Shown here piece after piece: positions 11,718-22,833 of a stretch of 64,000 nt of DNA. The notes below the pieces were generated by a model. It did no database searches. It was not told the DNA's origin and saw only the letters and a program-made list of their open reading frames with translations. Positions within the stretch are counted from its first letter, which is position 1, and each line of letters starts with the position of its first letter. The translations under genes were made by a program, and so were the position numbers. Source of the DNA: the human T2T-CHM13v2.0 reference genome, Homo sapiens; assembly GCF_009914755.1 (NCBI RefSeq), contig NC_060933.1; one strand, given 5' to 3'.

Positions 11718-11870
11718 TATAGTCAGCAAAATATTAGAAAACTGTGATAGATAATGTGCTTTGATTGATTGATGTACAGTCAGCAAAATATTAGAAAACT
11801 GTGATAGATAACATGGGATTTGATTGATGTACAGTCAGCAAAATATTAGAAAAGTTAAAGATAACATGCT
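11718..11870. repeat. Tandem triplication (55-57 bp unit) inside MER119
   Basis: agtcagcaaaatattagaaaa begins at 11721, 11778 and 11833. Confidence 0.95.
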
Positions 11871-12015
11871 TTTTTATTAAGTAAAATCTAGTGGCAGTTC
11901 TAATACTTACTCTAATTGCAAATTATTGGTGAATGTAAGTGATATTTTGAGCTGTCTCCAACAACTGTAATGTTATATAAAAAGTCTGTGATTCCTACTC
12001 CTAATAAAGTCATGG

Positions 12016-12392
12016 TATATTAGTCCAATCTCACACTGCTATAAATAACTTCCCCTGAGACTGGGTAATTTGTAAAGGGAAGAGGTTTAATTGATTCACA
12101 GTTCTGCATGTCTGGGGAGGCCTCAGGAAACTTACAATCATGGTGGAAGGGGAAGCAGGCACATCTTACGTGGCAACAGGTGAGAGAGATCATGTGTGTA
12201 GGAGTAACTGTCAAACACTTATAAAACCATCAGATTTCATGGGAACACACTCACTATCATGAGAACAGCATGGGAGAAACTGCCCCCATGATCCAATCAC
12301 CTCCCACCAGGTTCTGCCCCTGACACATGGGGATTATGAGGATTACAATTCAAGATGAGATGTGGGTGGGGACACAGAGCCAAACCATATCA
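12016..12392 (-). mobile_element. THE1D-type solo LTR
   Basis: tatattagtccaatctcacactgctata..ggcctcaggaaacttacaatcatgg..gggtggggacacagagccaaaccatatca. Confidence 0.93.
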
Positions 12393-13412
12393 TATAGGTA
12401 CTAATGATCTACCTGGGGCTTGTGCTTACATTCATAACTGAAGGCGGTGCTAAATGTTAGCTAGGGGGTGGTAAAAATAACCTTTAGCTGGGTACCCTAA
12501 ATTCTGTCTTATCCCCAAACGCCCTGAATTCTCACTTCTTTCTTTTGTAACTGGGCCCCTGCTCTGATGGTTTCCTCCTTTCCTTTGCCTGATGCTACCT
12601 CTTTTACCTTCTTGGGGTTCTTCCCCAGCAAATTTTTCTAGGTTCTTTCTTCTGCATTCACTTTCCATCTCTCTCAGCTGGGTTGTGTCCTTTGGCCGCT
12701 ATCTAAGTTCTCACTCCGCTTAGCATGGGAAGGGAAGCTTCTAGGCCCAGCTTGGGGTTACCCTGAGCTTCAGAGGAGAGAGGGAGGTTGGCACATCACA
12801 GATACTCACTGAATGCTTTTTGAATGGAAACAGTTGCTTTGCCAACTTCACCTTTTTTATCAGGGGCTCTTCTTGGATTCTTGGACTGTGTTTGAGATCA
12901 GTTCACTCTTGATATCTCCCCTCCGCATGGAAAGCATCCACAAATTTCCAGCTAGAGCATGAACTTGCAATTTGGTTTGCCTAGATCCTGGAAGTCTACA
13001 GAGTTAGAATCTTTCCTGGTTCTGAACTCAGAAGCAGCAGTGAGCAGTGGGACTGCTGGGACCTTTACCAGCAATCACCCACCACATGCACCAGCTTCAA
13101 GCAGCTCTGCAGAAGCCGTCCGTCACCCTCCCCGTTGCACACCTTGGCTGTGAACCGCCAGGGCAGGGGCATGTGTGGGAAGCAGGCGGCCTGCAGATTC
13201 ATTATTGCTACAAGTGAATTTCATAATAAACAAACAAAAATGAGCCATCTCTAGTTTAGTTCCCTTTGAGCATATAGGCCATCAGGTCCCAAAATGTTCA
13301 GAGTTGGGTTAGTATCTGTGGCTTTCACCAGGTAAACACATCAGTGTTCTTCCTAATTTGGACTGTTGTGGCTTCCCTAGTTCTTTTTTCCCCTAGATTG
13401 TTATAAAGGTTC

Positions 13413-13805
13413 TGTATTAGTTTTCCAGGGCTGTTATAATAAAGTGCCACAAATTGGGTGGCTTAAACAACAACAATTTTATCATCTCATAGTTCTGGAG
13501 GCTAGAAGTCTGAAATCAAGATGTCCAGCTAGATTGGTTTCTTCTGAGGGTTGTGAGGAAGGATCTGTTCCAGGCCTCTCTCCTGGACTTGGGGATGGCC
13601 AGCTTCTCCCTATGTCTCTTCACATCATCTTCTTTCTACATATGTCTGCCGGTGTGTCCAAATTTCCCCTTTTCATAAGGACACCAATCATGTTGGAATA
13701 GGGCCTACCCTAATGACATAAGTTGATGACTTCTGAAAGGACCCTGACTCAGAAATATCCTGAGGTACTGGGGGTTAGGACTTCAATATATCTTTCTGGG
13801 GACAG
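13413..13805 (-). mobile_element. MLT1B-type MaLR LTR
   Basis: tgtattagttttccagggctg..ccacaaattgggtggcttaaacaac..agttctggaggctagaagtctgaaatcaag..ctgaggtactgggggttaggacttcaa. Confidence 0.9.
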
Positions 13806-14209
13806 GGTCCTTGCATGCTGTCAGATGATACCTGCATCTCGCAGTGATGGTCAAGCGTACCCTACTCTGCTTCTGGCTATGGCAGTAGAAATTGTGTCCC
13901 AGGGGAATGGCTAAGGGGCCTGTAAACAATGGGTGCCATATGCCATTAATGGCTCAAACCTCTGCCTTGTCTACACACTCATGTATCCCATAACCCTCTG
14001 TCTCCTGTCAAAGCCTTTTATCAGGAAAGGCATAGAACCACATTTCACGCTAAGGCATGAGTGTTAAACATACCCTCACCTAGCCAGTTAAAAACATTGG
14101 GCAAAGCTGTAAACTACATCACAGGAGTTCAAAATGTCAACAGAGCTGCCCCCAGTCCTGTCTGTGTTTTTGCTTAGGACCCAGTGTTGTGTCACTACTC
14201 CCCATTGAT

Positions 14210-14430
14210 AATAAACAAAACATGCCTCATATGTTCACAGTTATTTAGAGTTTACAGAATTCTCTCCTTCTATCAATTTGTTTGTGCCTGAAGGAGCAGG
14301 AAAGGTATTATTTTCTGCATTTTATTTCAGAGAAAACAGAAGCTCAGCTGAGTAATTTGTTCAAGATCATCCAGGCTGTGGCCGGAGCCCACATCATCCA
14401 TGTCTCTATGTCAGCTGTCTTTCCACTGCT
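14210..14430 (-). mobile_element. MIR-like fragment
   Basis: gtattattttctgcattttatttcagagaaaacagaagctcagctgagtaatttgttcaagatcatccag. Confidence 0.6.
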
Positions 14431-14994
14431 CCAAGCCACCTGCCCTGCTGCCCTCCGTTTCCCCTCCAGGTCACTGTTGTGCGGACCATGCAACCCGAGT
14501 CTCAAAGACTCACGGATCCCCTTGCTGTGCTCTAGGACCCAGTCCTAGCACCTCCTAACCTCCCCAAGAGGGCAAAAAGCAGCCTAGGTCTGGTGAGGGT
14601 GGCCAAGGCCAGAGGATTCTGTTAGTATGCAGATCAAAGGAGGAGCATGGGCAAAGTGACAAGGTTTGTGATGGAGCAGAACAGTGTCAGGAAGTGATGT
14701 GAAGCTCAGCGTGGCTCGTGGATGTTGAGAAGTGAGGTTGATGGGCAGGGGGTGCTGGACCACAGAAGACCAGGTGTTCCAAGTGGGGCAAAGATGTGGT
14801 CTGTGAGAGGCTGAGAGCCACTGAAGACCTGTGGTTTATCAGAGACTGCTGTGGTGGCAGAGTGGAGGCAGGATGAGGCAGGGAGCTGCTCCAGGTTCCT
14901 GACTGCCGGTCCCTGCCAGTGCTGGTACATTCCTCAAGGCTTCTCAGTGGCTTTCCATTATTTCCATAGAGGGGTCACCTTTAGTTTTGGGGAG

Positions 14995-15285
14995 TTTATT
15001 TTTGAGATGGGGTCTCACTCTGTTGCCCAGGCTGGAGTGCAGTGGCACGACCATTACTCACTGCAGTCTTGACCACCTGCGCTCAAGTGATCCTCTCACT
15101 TCATCCTCTCATGTAGCTGAGACTGTAGGCATGCAACACGATGCCTGGTTAATTTTTTTGTATTTTTTGTAGAGATGGGGTTTCACCATGTTCCCAGGCT
15201 TGTCTCGAACTCCTGGGCTCAAACAGTCCACCTGCCTCAGATTCCCAAAGTGTTGGGATTACAGGCATGAACCACCGCGTCGGCC
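14995..15285 (-). mobile_element. AluJ
   Basis: Full dimer in reverse with J-type features (ctcactgcagtcttgacc..ctcaagtgatcctc; gaactcctgggctcaa); degenerate TSD acctttagtttt / accattaggtttt. Confidence 0.95.
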
Positions 15286-15749
15286 ACCATTAGGTTTTTA
15301 ACTGTTTAAGGCATTCTTTTTATACTGAAACCCAGAAGAAGCATCCTCCCCAGCTTCAGTGGAAAGCCTTAGAGCTGATGGAAAACCAGTTTCGAGTTGG
15401 AATGTGGAGGCTATTTCTGGCCTTTGTGACATCCTGTTCAACTTTCAGAGGAGCCTGGGAAGAAAGGGGTGACTCAGACTATAAGCTTATTTTTAGGGAA
15501 AGCTAAGAATTCAGTCAGAGCCACTCGGATTCCCTATTGCCTGCCATACAGAATGTGCTGTTGGTGGAGAGATTGATGGGCAGAAATCCTATGTTTATCA
15601 CCTGATTGTTACCCAGCACCTCCCATGTGCCAGTATAAGGTTTACTGATTTGAAAAGAGGATGGAGATCAACACAAACACACTTTTAAATCAGAGGAGCA
15701 TATTTCAAGGCATTTATATTTAAGAACTAATTTTAGGGCCAAAGAACTA

Positions 15750-15975
15750 ATATTGTAAGAGCTTCTGTGATTAGGTACTTAATATATACTACTGTTATGG
15801 TAAGTGTTTAGCAAATACTACCGCATTTAATGGAAACAATAATACTCTGTTAGAGGAATTCTTATCACTGTTTTAACAGAAGAGGAACTGTTAACTTGAG
15901 GAGGTTTAACGTTAGCCCAAGACCGGGTAGCTGAGTCCAGATTCAAACTCAGATCTGTCTGGCTCCAAACCCATG
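15750..15975 (-). mobile_element. MIR
   Basis: ttatcactgttttaacagaagaggaactg..gcccaagacc..agattcaaactcagatctgtctggctccaaacc. Confidence 0.75.
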
Positions 15976-17199
15976 CAAATGACCCCTCCGGGTTTGGCAA
16001 TTAAACGACTCACATGTTGCCACCCTTTGTTCCTATGTATCACTAATTGATCATGGAATTATTTCTTGCTCAGCTCAGATTTGACCTCAGGATCCTTTCA
16101 ACACAATGCTACAGGTAGCCACTGCTCCCAACTGAGCAATGGTAGTACTTGAAGTAGCGTCTACCTGTCATCTTAGCTTTATCTTTCTCTGTATTTACTC
16201 AAAATAGAATCTTTAAATCTACAGGGGTTTGTTGTTGTTTATTTCTACAGATGTATTTGTAACCTTTTATTGATTAAACAATTGTAAGAAATGGAGTATT
16301 CAATACAATTTCCTTTTATAGTCACTGGAAACTCTGCGTGCTTTAATAGAGGATCCTAACTGCCTTGGAGGGAAGAATGACGTCTTAGGACTCAAAGCCT
16401 TGATACAGGCAACTGGCTTATGTGTCAGTGTGGTAGTGATGAGTGGGAGATGGGGAATCAGCCTGAAGAACTCAAGCTGTATAGCAGTAAAACTTTCAAT
16501 TAGCCCAGTCTGGTTAATTACAACTGGATGGTGAGTTGGGGTTGGGGGATGTGGTGGGAAGGCTAAAGAAGCAAGATAACAGGGTAGATTTGGGGGTTGC
16601 ATACATACACACCTTCAGTTGCCGTGAAACATTTCAGCTCAGCAGACAGACCTGTTGTCCTAAAAGTATAGCACCATGTGGGGCTGTGGGTCCCTCCAGG
16701 GAGAAAGGAGTTCCTTAAAAGCAAACTCAGACAAGAGAATGGGGAAGATACCCCCAGGGATAGTGGTGAAGGGAGAACCTAGAACCCAGCCTTGCAGGAG
16801 GATGAGGTAGAAATTGGTCCAGGAGGAAGTCTATGGACAATATCTAAAACTGGAGCATCAAGAAATAGTAATAGAAATATGTTGCTTAGAAAGGTGGATT
16901 CCAGATGATTGAGCTGAAATGGAGTTGGACAGTCACAATGTATGGAAGGTAGTGCAGGTGCATCACCAACACAGATTCATTCGATAAAATTAAAATGTTT
17001 TTGTTTTACTTTCAAAAAAATAAATAGCAAAAAAGCAAGCTCAGGCCAGTGGTGGCTGGTGGCCTGTCAGCATGGAGCATGGACCTTAGCCACAGGCCAG
17101 GGCTTTAAAGCCAGGACTCCAGGACCTGGGATGGGTCATTCTGAAAGCTGATTATCAGAATGCTCAGGCCAGAGCTGGGCCAGCTGCCCAGGTGTTGAT

Positions 17200-17236
17200 A
17201 TGTGTGTGTGTGTGTGTGTGTTTGTGTGTGTGTGTG
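17200..17236. repeat. (TG)n microsatellite
   Basis: TG run with one interruption. Confidence 0.95.
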
Positions 17237-17748
17237 AAGGGCTGAGAACTGCATCTACTAACATACTCCTTGTGTGATGTTAGGGTTAGTGAATTGACCT
17301 ACAGTGGTACTTGGCCTGCAGGAAGGGGATAAAAATGGGCATCATGGTAAGAAGTTGGGCCAGCAAGCAGCTCTAGTCTCACAAAGCCTTTTCCTGGACT
17401 AATGAGAGGGACCATGGGGAGGGGTGATCCCCCCAAAATCAACCAGATCAAGTTCCTGATGAATGGGCAATTTATGACTGACCAGCTGGACACAAAATGC
17501 CATTGAACAACCCAAATGAACAACACTTCTCAGTCAAAATGCTGCTTTGGAGAGTCTGTGTATGCAAATATACCTCATATATTCTTCTCACTGTGGGATG
17601 GAGCAAGAAGGCCCTGAGCGTGTTTCTCTAAAAATGCATAGCAATAATCCTAGTCTTAATTTTAGCCTCTTCTGGGCATCTGAAATGGGGTTGCTACAGT
17701 TAAAATAATGCTGTATAACTAACATGATATTGGGTATTGAGGTCAGAG

Positions 17749-17905
17749 CAGGGCTGGCTTCATCAGCACGTGATTTCTGTAGTCACATAGGTTCCCCACT
17801 TTGTTAAATGCTCCATAGCCATATTGAAATTCTTAATAACTTTTGGACCAGGAGCCCTGCATTTTCATTTTGCCCTGGGCCCTACAAATTATGTAGCCAG
17901 CAGTG
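17749..17905 (+). mobile_element. MER91A hAT MITE
   Basis: cagggctggcttcat..ttgaaattcttaataacttttg..cattttcattttgccctgggccctacaaattatgtagccag. Confidence 0.9.
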
Positions 17906-17974
17906 GGTTGTCATACCCCAGAGTCCCAGACACCAGCCAGACATTTGCTGTGTTGAAATTATATAGGGGAAAAA

Positions 17975-18355
17975 TATAATTTAGAGCATAAATAAACCCC
18001 CATACTTTCAGCAATTTAACAGTCTAATGCAGGTATTCCTTGCCAGTGGACAGCTTTCCTCCATGTGGTTTCTACTATTTCTGACTCTGCTATCTCCCAG
18101 GGCCTCAGAATCCTTTGCCTCCAGCCTGTCAAATGAGAGAGGATGAAGAGGCACACTCACTTCTTAACTGCCTTTGTCTGGAAGTGACCCACATCATTCT
18201 TCTCATAGTCTGGAGAACTAGTCATATGACCACACCTAGGTGCAAAGAAAGCTAGAAAACATGGTACCTGGCTGGGTGGTTACTTTCCAGGGCTGCCTCC
18301 ATCCTATGGGAGGAAGAGCGTAAATTTAGATGGATCATTAGCCTTCTCTGCCACA
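17975..18355 (-). mobile_element. Old MLT1 (J/K-like) LTR
   Basis: ggaagtgacccacatcattctt..gagaactagtcatatgaccacacctagg..tagccttctctgccaca. Confidence 0.75.
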
Positions 18356-20224
18356 TAGATTGTTCATGAAGGAATGCTGATGCAAAAGCAGGTATCTCAG
18401 TGCAGACTACTGTGATGGATCAGGAAAGGTAGGAATCCGGGTCTTTTTAACACAGATGCCAGTCTCTTAGCCTCATCAGTTCATTATTATTAAGATGCTT
18501 GCTAGTTCCAGAATAGGAAGAAACTAGAATCAGAATAGTCTGTGTTTGTTTGCTTGCTTGCTTATTTATTTATTTCCAAGAACAGGTTTTTGGGGAAAAA
18601 AAAAGAAACACTAACACATTAAAATGTACACATTAACTGTAAGATGCATTGCTATTTCAGTAACATTATAATGCGAGAGGAAACACAATAGCATATCTTA
18701 GAATTGACGAAATCTAGTAATTGTCACTGTGAATTATTGGTTTAGTAATTTTTCACAAATCCTTTTGCTAGCTTCATAAAGTCCTTTAATAGTGCTCATA
18801 GGGGATAGCCATGTGTTGGCACTTGGATCTGGTAGGTTCTGCCTGACCATTTTAATCAAAATGCTGTTAACCAGGGTAGGCACCGCCTGTTGAATAGCAC
18901 ACCTTCTTGGTGAATTTGTCTCATGGAGCCTCATTTCTGGATGTGTCTTAGGCAAACTAGGAGCCCTCAAGATCATCTAGACCCACGCTGGAAAGAGGTC
19001 TACCTTGGAGATGCATTTATATTCCCCCCTGAGATGCTGGTGATTTTGCAAGTAGTAATAATCAGAGACCTGGAAAACTTCAAGAGTTCTGTAGGAAATA
19101 TGTCCTGGTCAGTTCTCATCAGCTCAACAAACTGATGTGGCTCTTGAGGGAACCAGCTGCAGGAGGCAGGAAAGCAAGTTAGCATCAACACAAGTGGGCC
19201 AGCACCATAGTCCCAATTCTCCTCTTTCATCTGCTTCTCCTCCACCCTAGTAGACACCTTGGGAAGACAAGGTAGAGACAGTGGCTTGAAATTCCTAGTG
19301 TCTTCCTTTGATGGGTATGTGCTCCTGCAGAGTTAAGGGAGTAGATGAGGTTAACTGTCATCTAAACAAAGGCAGTGGCTGTAAATATATTCCTTGGAGC
19401 TTGGGAGCCCCATGGCTATGTTCCAGGCCAGAGAGTCCAAAGAAAATCAAAGACTGCCACCTAACAGCTTTTTTGGCCATCCTGAAAGTCCCCACCTTCT
19501 CCCAGGTAGCTCCAGAGAAAGACAACTCCCAGCCAGGCTCTGACAGCTGAATCGAATGGCCCAGTGGTGGCACATTCCCCAGAGGGCTTCAGGTTCAGGA
19601 TGCAGCCAAGTTTCCTGCTTTATCCTGAGTTAAGCAGAGATCATCACCTGCCTGGATGTTGTTTTGTCTGTGTCACCTCATCACTGGAGAAAACAGATTA
19701 CCATCTCCTGCAGTTTTTTTCACAAAACAGAGCATGGCATGGAGGAAATAAGATAGTCAGCATGGCATCTTGGTGGGTCAAAAATAATATCATCTGTATA
19801 CTTTGATTACATTTTAAATTCAGTTTGCACACAATTGGGGTTCATTTAATTAACTCTAAGCTGTAATCTCAGTCTGGGTTTGAATGGATCTGAATTTTAA
19901 TAGCTTTTTCCTCCAAAATATTATTTCTATGGCAAATAAGCAGCCCTTCCTTATAATGCTGAAATCATAGAAGTTAGTTGTTTTCCCCTCATTTTTTGAC
20001 AATCATTCTTTTTGCGGTAGTAACGAAATCAAGCAGTTTTCATTTGGCTTTTTGGTAGTTGAAGTTAATTTGTCAATTTCCTGCTAGTCTTCTATTACGT
20101 ACACATTTTTCTGGTTAGCTGACAAATCAGAATGCTAATGATGGTGGGGAAAAGAAGACTGGCAAATTTTACTTCTGTGGGTTTTACCAAAATCATAATT
20201 GGTTGATTTTTCCTTTAGACCTTC

Positions 20225-20560
20225 CAGGATAAAGGATTTTTTATTTTTAATAATATTTTCTTCATTCTAAATAAGAAAGTGAAATGTACAAAACAGTGGA
20301 AAGAATAAAATAACTTAAATGTGCCTGTCATGGGGCCTTACACTCAATCAGTATGTTAACATTTTTAAAGAAAAATAAATGCCCATAATCTCATCACCAA
20401 ACACATGTAGGGAATTTTTTTGGCAAAGATTTTATATATTTGTAGTTATGCTCTCTATAAATTTTGCATCAAGCTTTTTTCATTTCACATTTTCATAAAT
20501 AATTTCTCATGCCGTTATAAACTCTTCATAAACATAATTTTAATTGGCTACGTAATTGTT
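20225..20560 (-). mobile_element. Old L1M(E) fragment
   Basis: AT-rich tract including tttttcatttcacattttcataaataatttctcatgccgttataaactcttcataaacataattttaattggct. Confidence 0.6.
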
Positions 20561-20561
20561 T

Positions 20562-20860
20562 TTTAGGAGTACATTTGGCTGCAAGTGCCTGAAAACCTGG
20601 GAAGAAACAGCTTAAGGGTTTTTGTTTGTTTTTTTCATGGAAGAAGACATTGAGACAAGGGGATAAGGGGTCATTGAGACCATCAGAGAACCTCCTCCTG
20701 CAGCTCTGTTTTTCTTAGTGATGGTGGCTGCAAGCCAAGCACAGGGCTCTCCCAGAGAAAACAGGGAATCACTCCCATCTGCAGACTAAGCCATGTGATC
20801 ACCCTAGCTCAAAAATATCTGGGAAGGTGGGCTGATAACTTTCCAGCCTTTGTAGTGGAG
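20562..20860 (-). mobile_element. Old MLT1 (J-like) LTR remnant
   Basis: tacatttggctgcaagt..aaacagcttaa..ccatgtgatcaccctagctc..ctgggaagg. Confidence 0.5.
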
Positions 20861-22833
20861 GAATATGGGTTTCTTAAAATAAAATGACCTGAATTAGAAT
20901 TACTGTGTCAAAGAGCAGTTGATTTTTTTCCCCGAAATTCCAGTCTGATTGCTTATTTGGTGAAAAGCAGGATTTAAAAACCTGTGCTCCATTTACTACC
21001 ATCTCATTTGGCACTGGAAACACAAATGTACAACTAGTTATAAAAGTAGGATCAAGTCCAAAACCTGTGGCTATCAGTTTCGGGGAGGCAGCTGTCAATG
21101 CAAGATAAGGAAAAAATTCCTCAATATTTAGAGCTGCCCCAGTTTGGAATTAACTACTTCATGGGATGGTGAGCAACCTTTCCCAAGATGCAGCGACTGA
21201 ATAGATACTTGGTATATAGGCAGAAGAGGTAATTTACGCATTTGGTAAAGTAGACCGGGTGACCTGTACCACCTAGGCATCTCCATGATTTTAAAATTAG
21301 GATACATTTGCTAAAATATTTCCCCAAGCACCCAGGATATCCTTTGCATGGTGGAACCTTGTTCTGATGTTGCTTCAGATCAAACATAGTAGCCTGAAAT
21401 GTGGCTGTAGTAGAGTAGTTGCCTGAGATGGGAAGAATTCACCTCCCAGGCTCCTGACTCCAGGGCCATGGAAAAGCTCTATCTTGGGTTTGAGACCAGC
21501 CATTACCTGGGTCAGGCCCACATACCAGCCCCATCCAAGGTTACATATCTGATTTCCTCACTGCCTGTTAACATGACTTTATTATTTTTCCTGATGCCAT
21601 GGATTTCTTCTTTTGTATCAACAAAATGTGCATGTTCCTTATGTAAAAGGTGGTATAAGTTCTATCTTTGACATTACCCAATTATAAAATGCAGTAAACA
21701 TAAAAACAATTTTCTTTTTGATTTATTTACAAAAGTGGTCTTTCCAAAACAGTTTTACTAGTTTAACTCATTTTATCTGAACTCCAGCTTAAAGCTATGA
21801 AGTCATGTGTGATAAATAAACATGCATCTGAGTTTATGTAATTCAGCCAAGAAATATTTTTTGAACATTTTCTATGTTATAGATATATTTGTGGATGCTG
21901 AGAATGTTCATGGTAAATACAAGACAGTCTCTGCCCTCACGGAGCTTGCATTCTGGTGGGAGACTAGGGAAGAATAATTTATGAATAAACTATTGAATAT
22001 ATACTATGTTTGTATAGTTTGTAGTACAGAGACTTGGTTGTGCTGGGGAGGGGGATACCTTCATAGAATGTTCAAGAAAAACCTTACTAATAAGCTAGTG
22101 TTGGAGCTGTGATAAAAAACAAAGAGTGAGCCATGTGGATATCTGGGGGAAACACACTTCTGGTGGAAGGAACAGCAAGTGCTGGCCTGAGCTGAGATCA
22201 TACTTAGTGTGTTCAAAAAGCAAAAGGAAAGCCTAGTGTGGCAGGTGGGGAGTGGGTGAAGGAGAGTGGTAGGTGATGTGACCAAAGAGGTGGTGGCTGG
22301 GGCTGGATTATGAAGGCATCTATATACCGTGGTAAGGATGTTGGCCTTTACTTGACATGAGATCAGAATCCAGTGGAAGATTTGGAGCACAAGAATTGCA
22401 CAATCTGACCTATTTTTTAAAAAGATTACTCTGGCTGATGTGGTGAGCTGAGTTAGTAAGGAAGTGGGCAAGCGTGGAAGCAGGGAGACTAGTTGGGAGG
22501 ATATTGTGGTAATTCAGAGGGAAAAGAGATACATGTGGGCCAAGCTAGCAGCAGAGGAGATGGGGAATCCTGGATTGATGTTGATAGTATAGTTCAGGGG
22601 ATTTTTCTCATCCAGTAGATCTAAGTGGAATGTGAGAGAGAGAAAAAAAAGTCCAGAATGTGCCAAAGGTTTTGAGGTAAGCAACTAGAAGGATGGAGTT
22701 TCACTGGAATGAAATGGGGATCACCATGGGAAGGCCTGCTGTGAAGGGAAAATAGGAATTCAATTCTGGACATGTTAAGTTCAATTTTTGGAGATGTTGG
22801 TCTGATACCTAGGTGGAAGTGTTGAGTGGTCAG

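Larger units (their letters stand above)
11590..12485. mobile_element. MER119 hAT-Charlie element, interrupted by THE1D
   Basis: cagtcttgtggaacctatggg..tcagaatagtg..aaatgcacaaaataaaata..caacaactgtaatgttatataaaaag..; resumes after the LTR with acattcataactgaagg..gctaaat. Confidence 0.8.

Noticed and set aside
11718-11870. CRISPR-like repeat-spacer appearance of the triplication (also 29203-29322)
   Set aside because: Eukaryotic context, the 'spacers' are homologous to each other, and there are no cas genes; these are ordinary tandem duplications.
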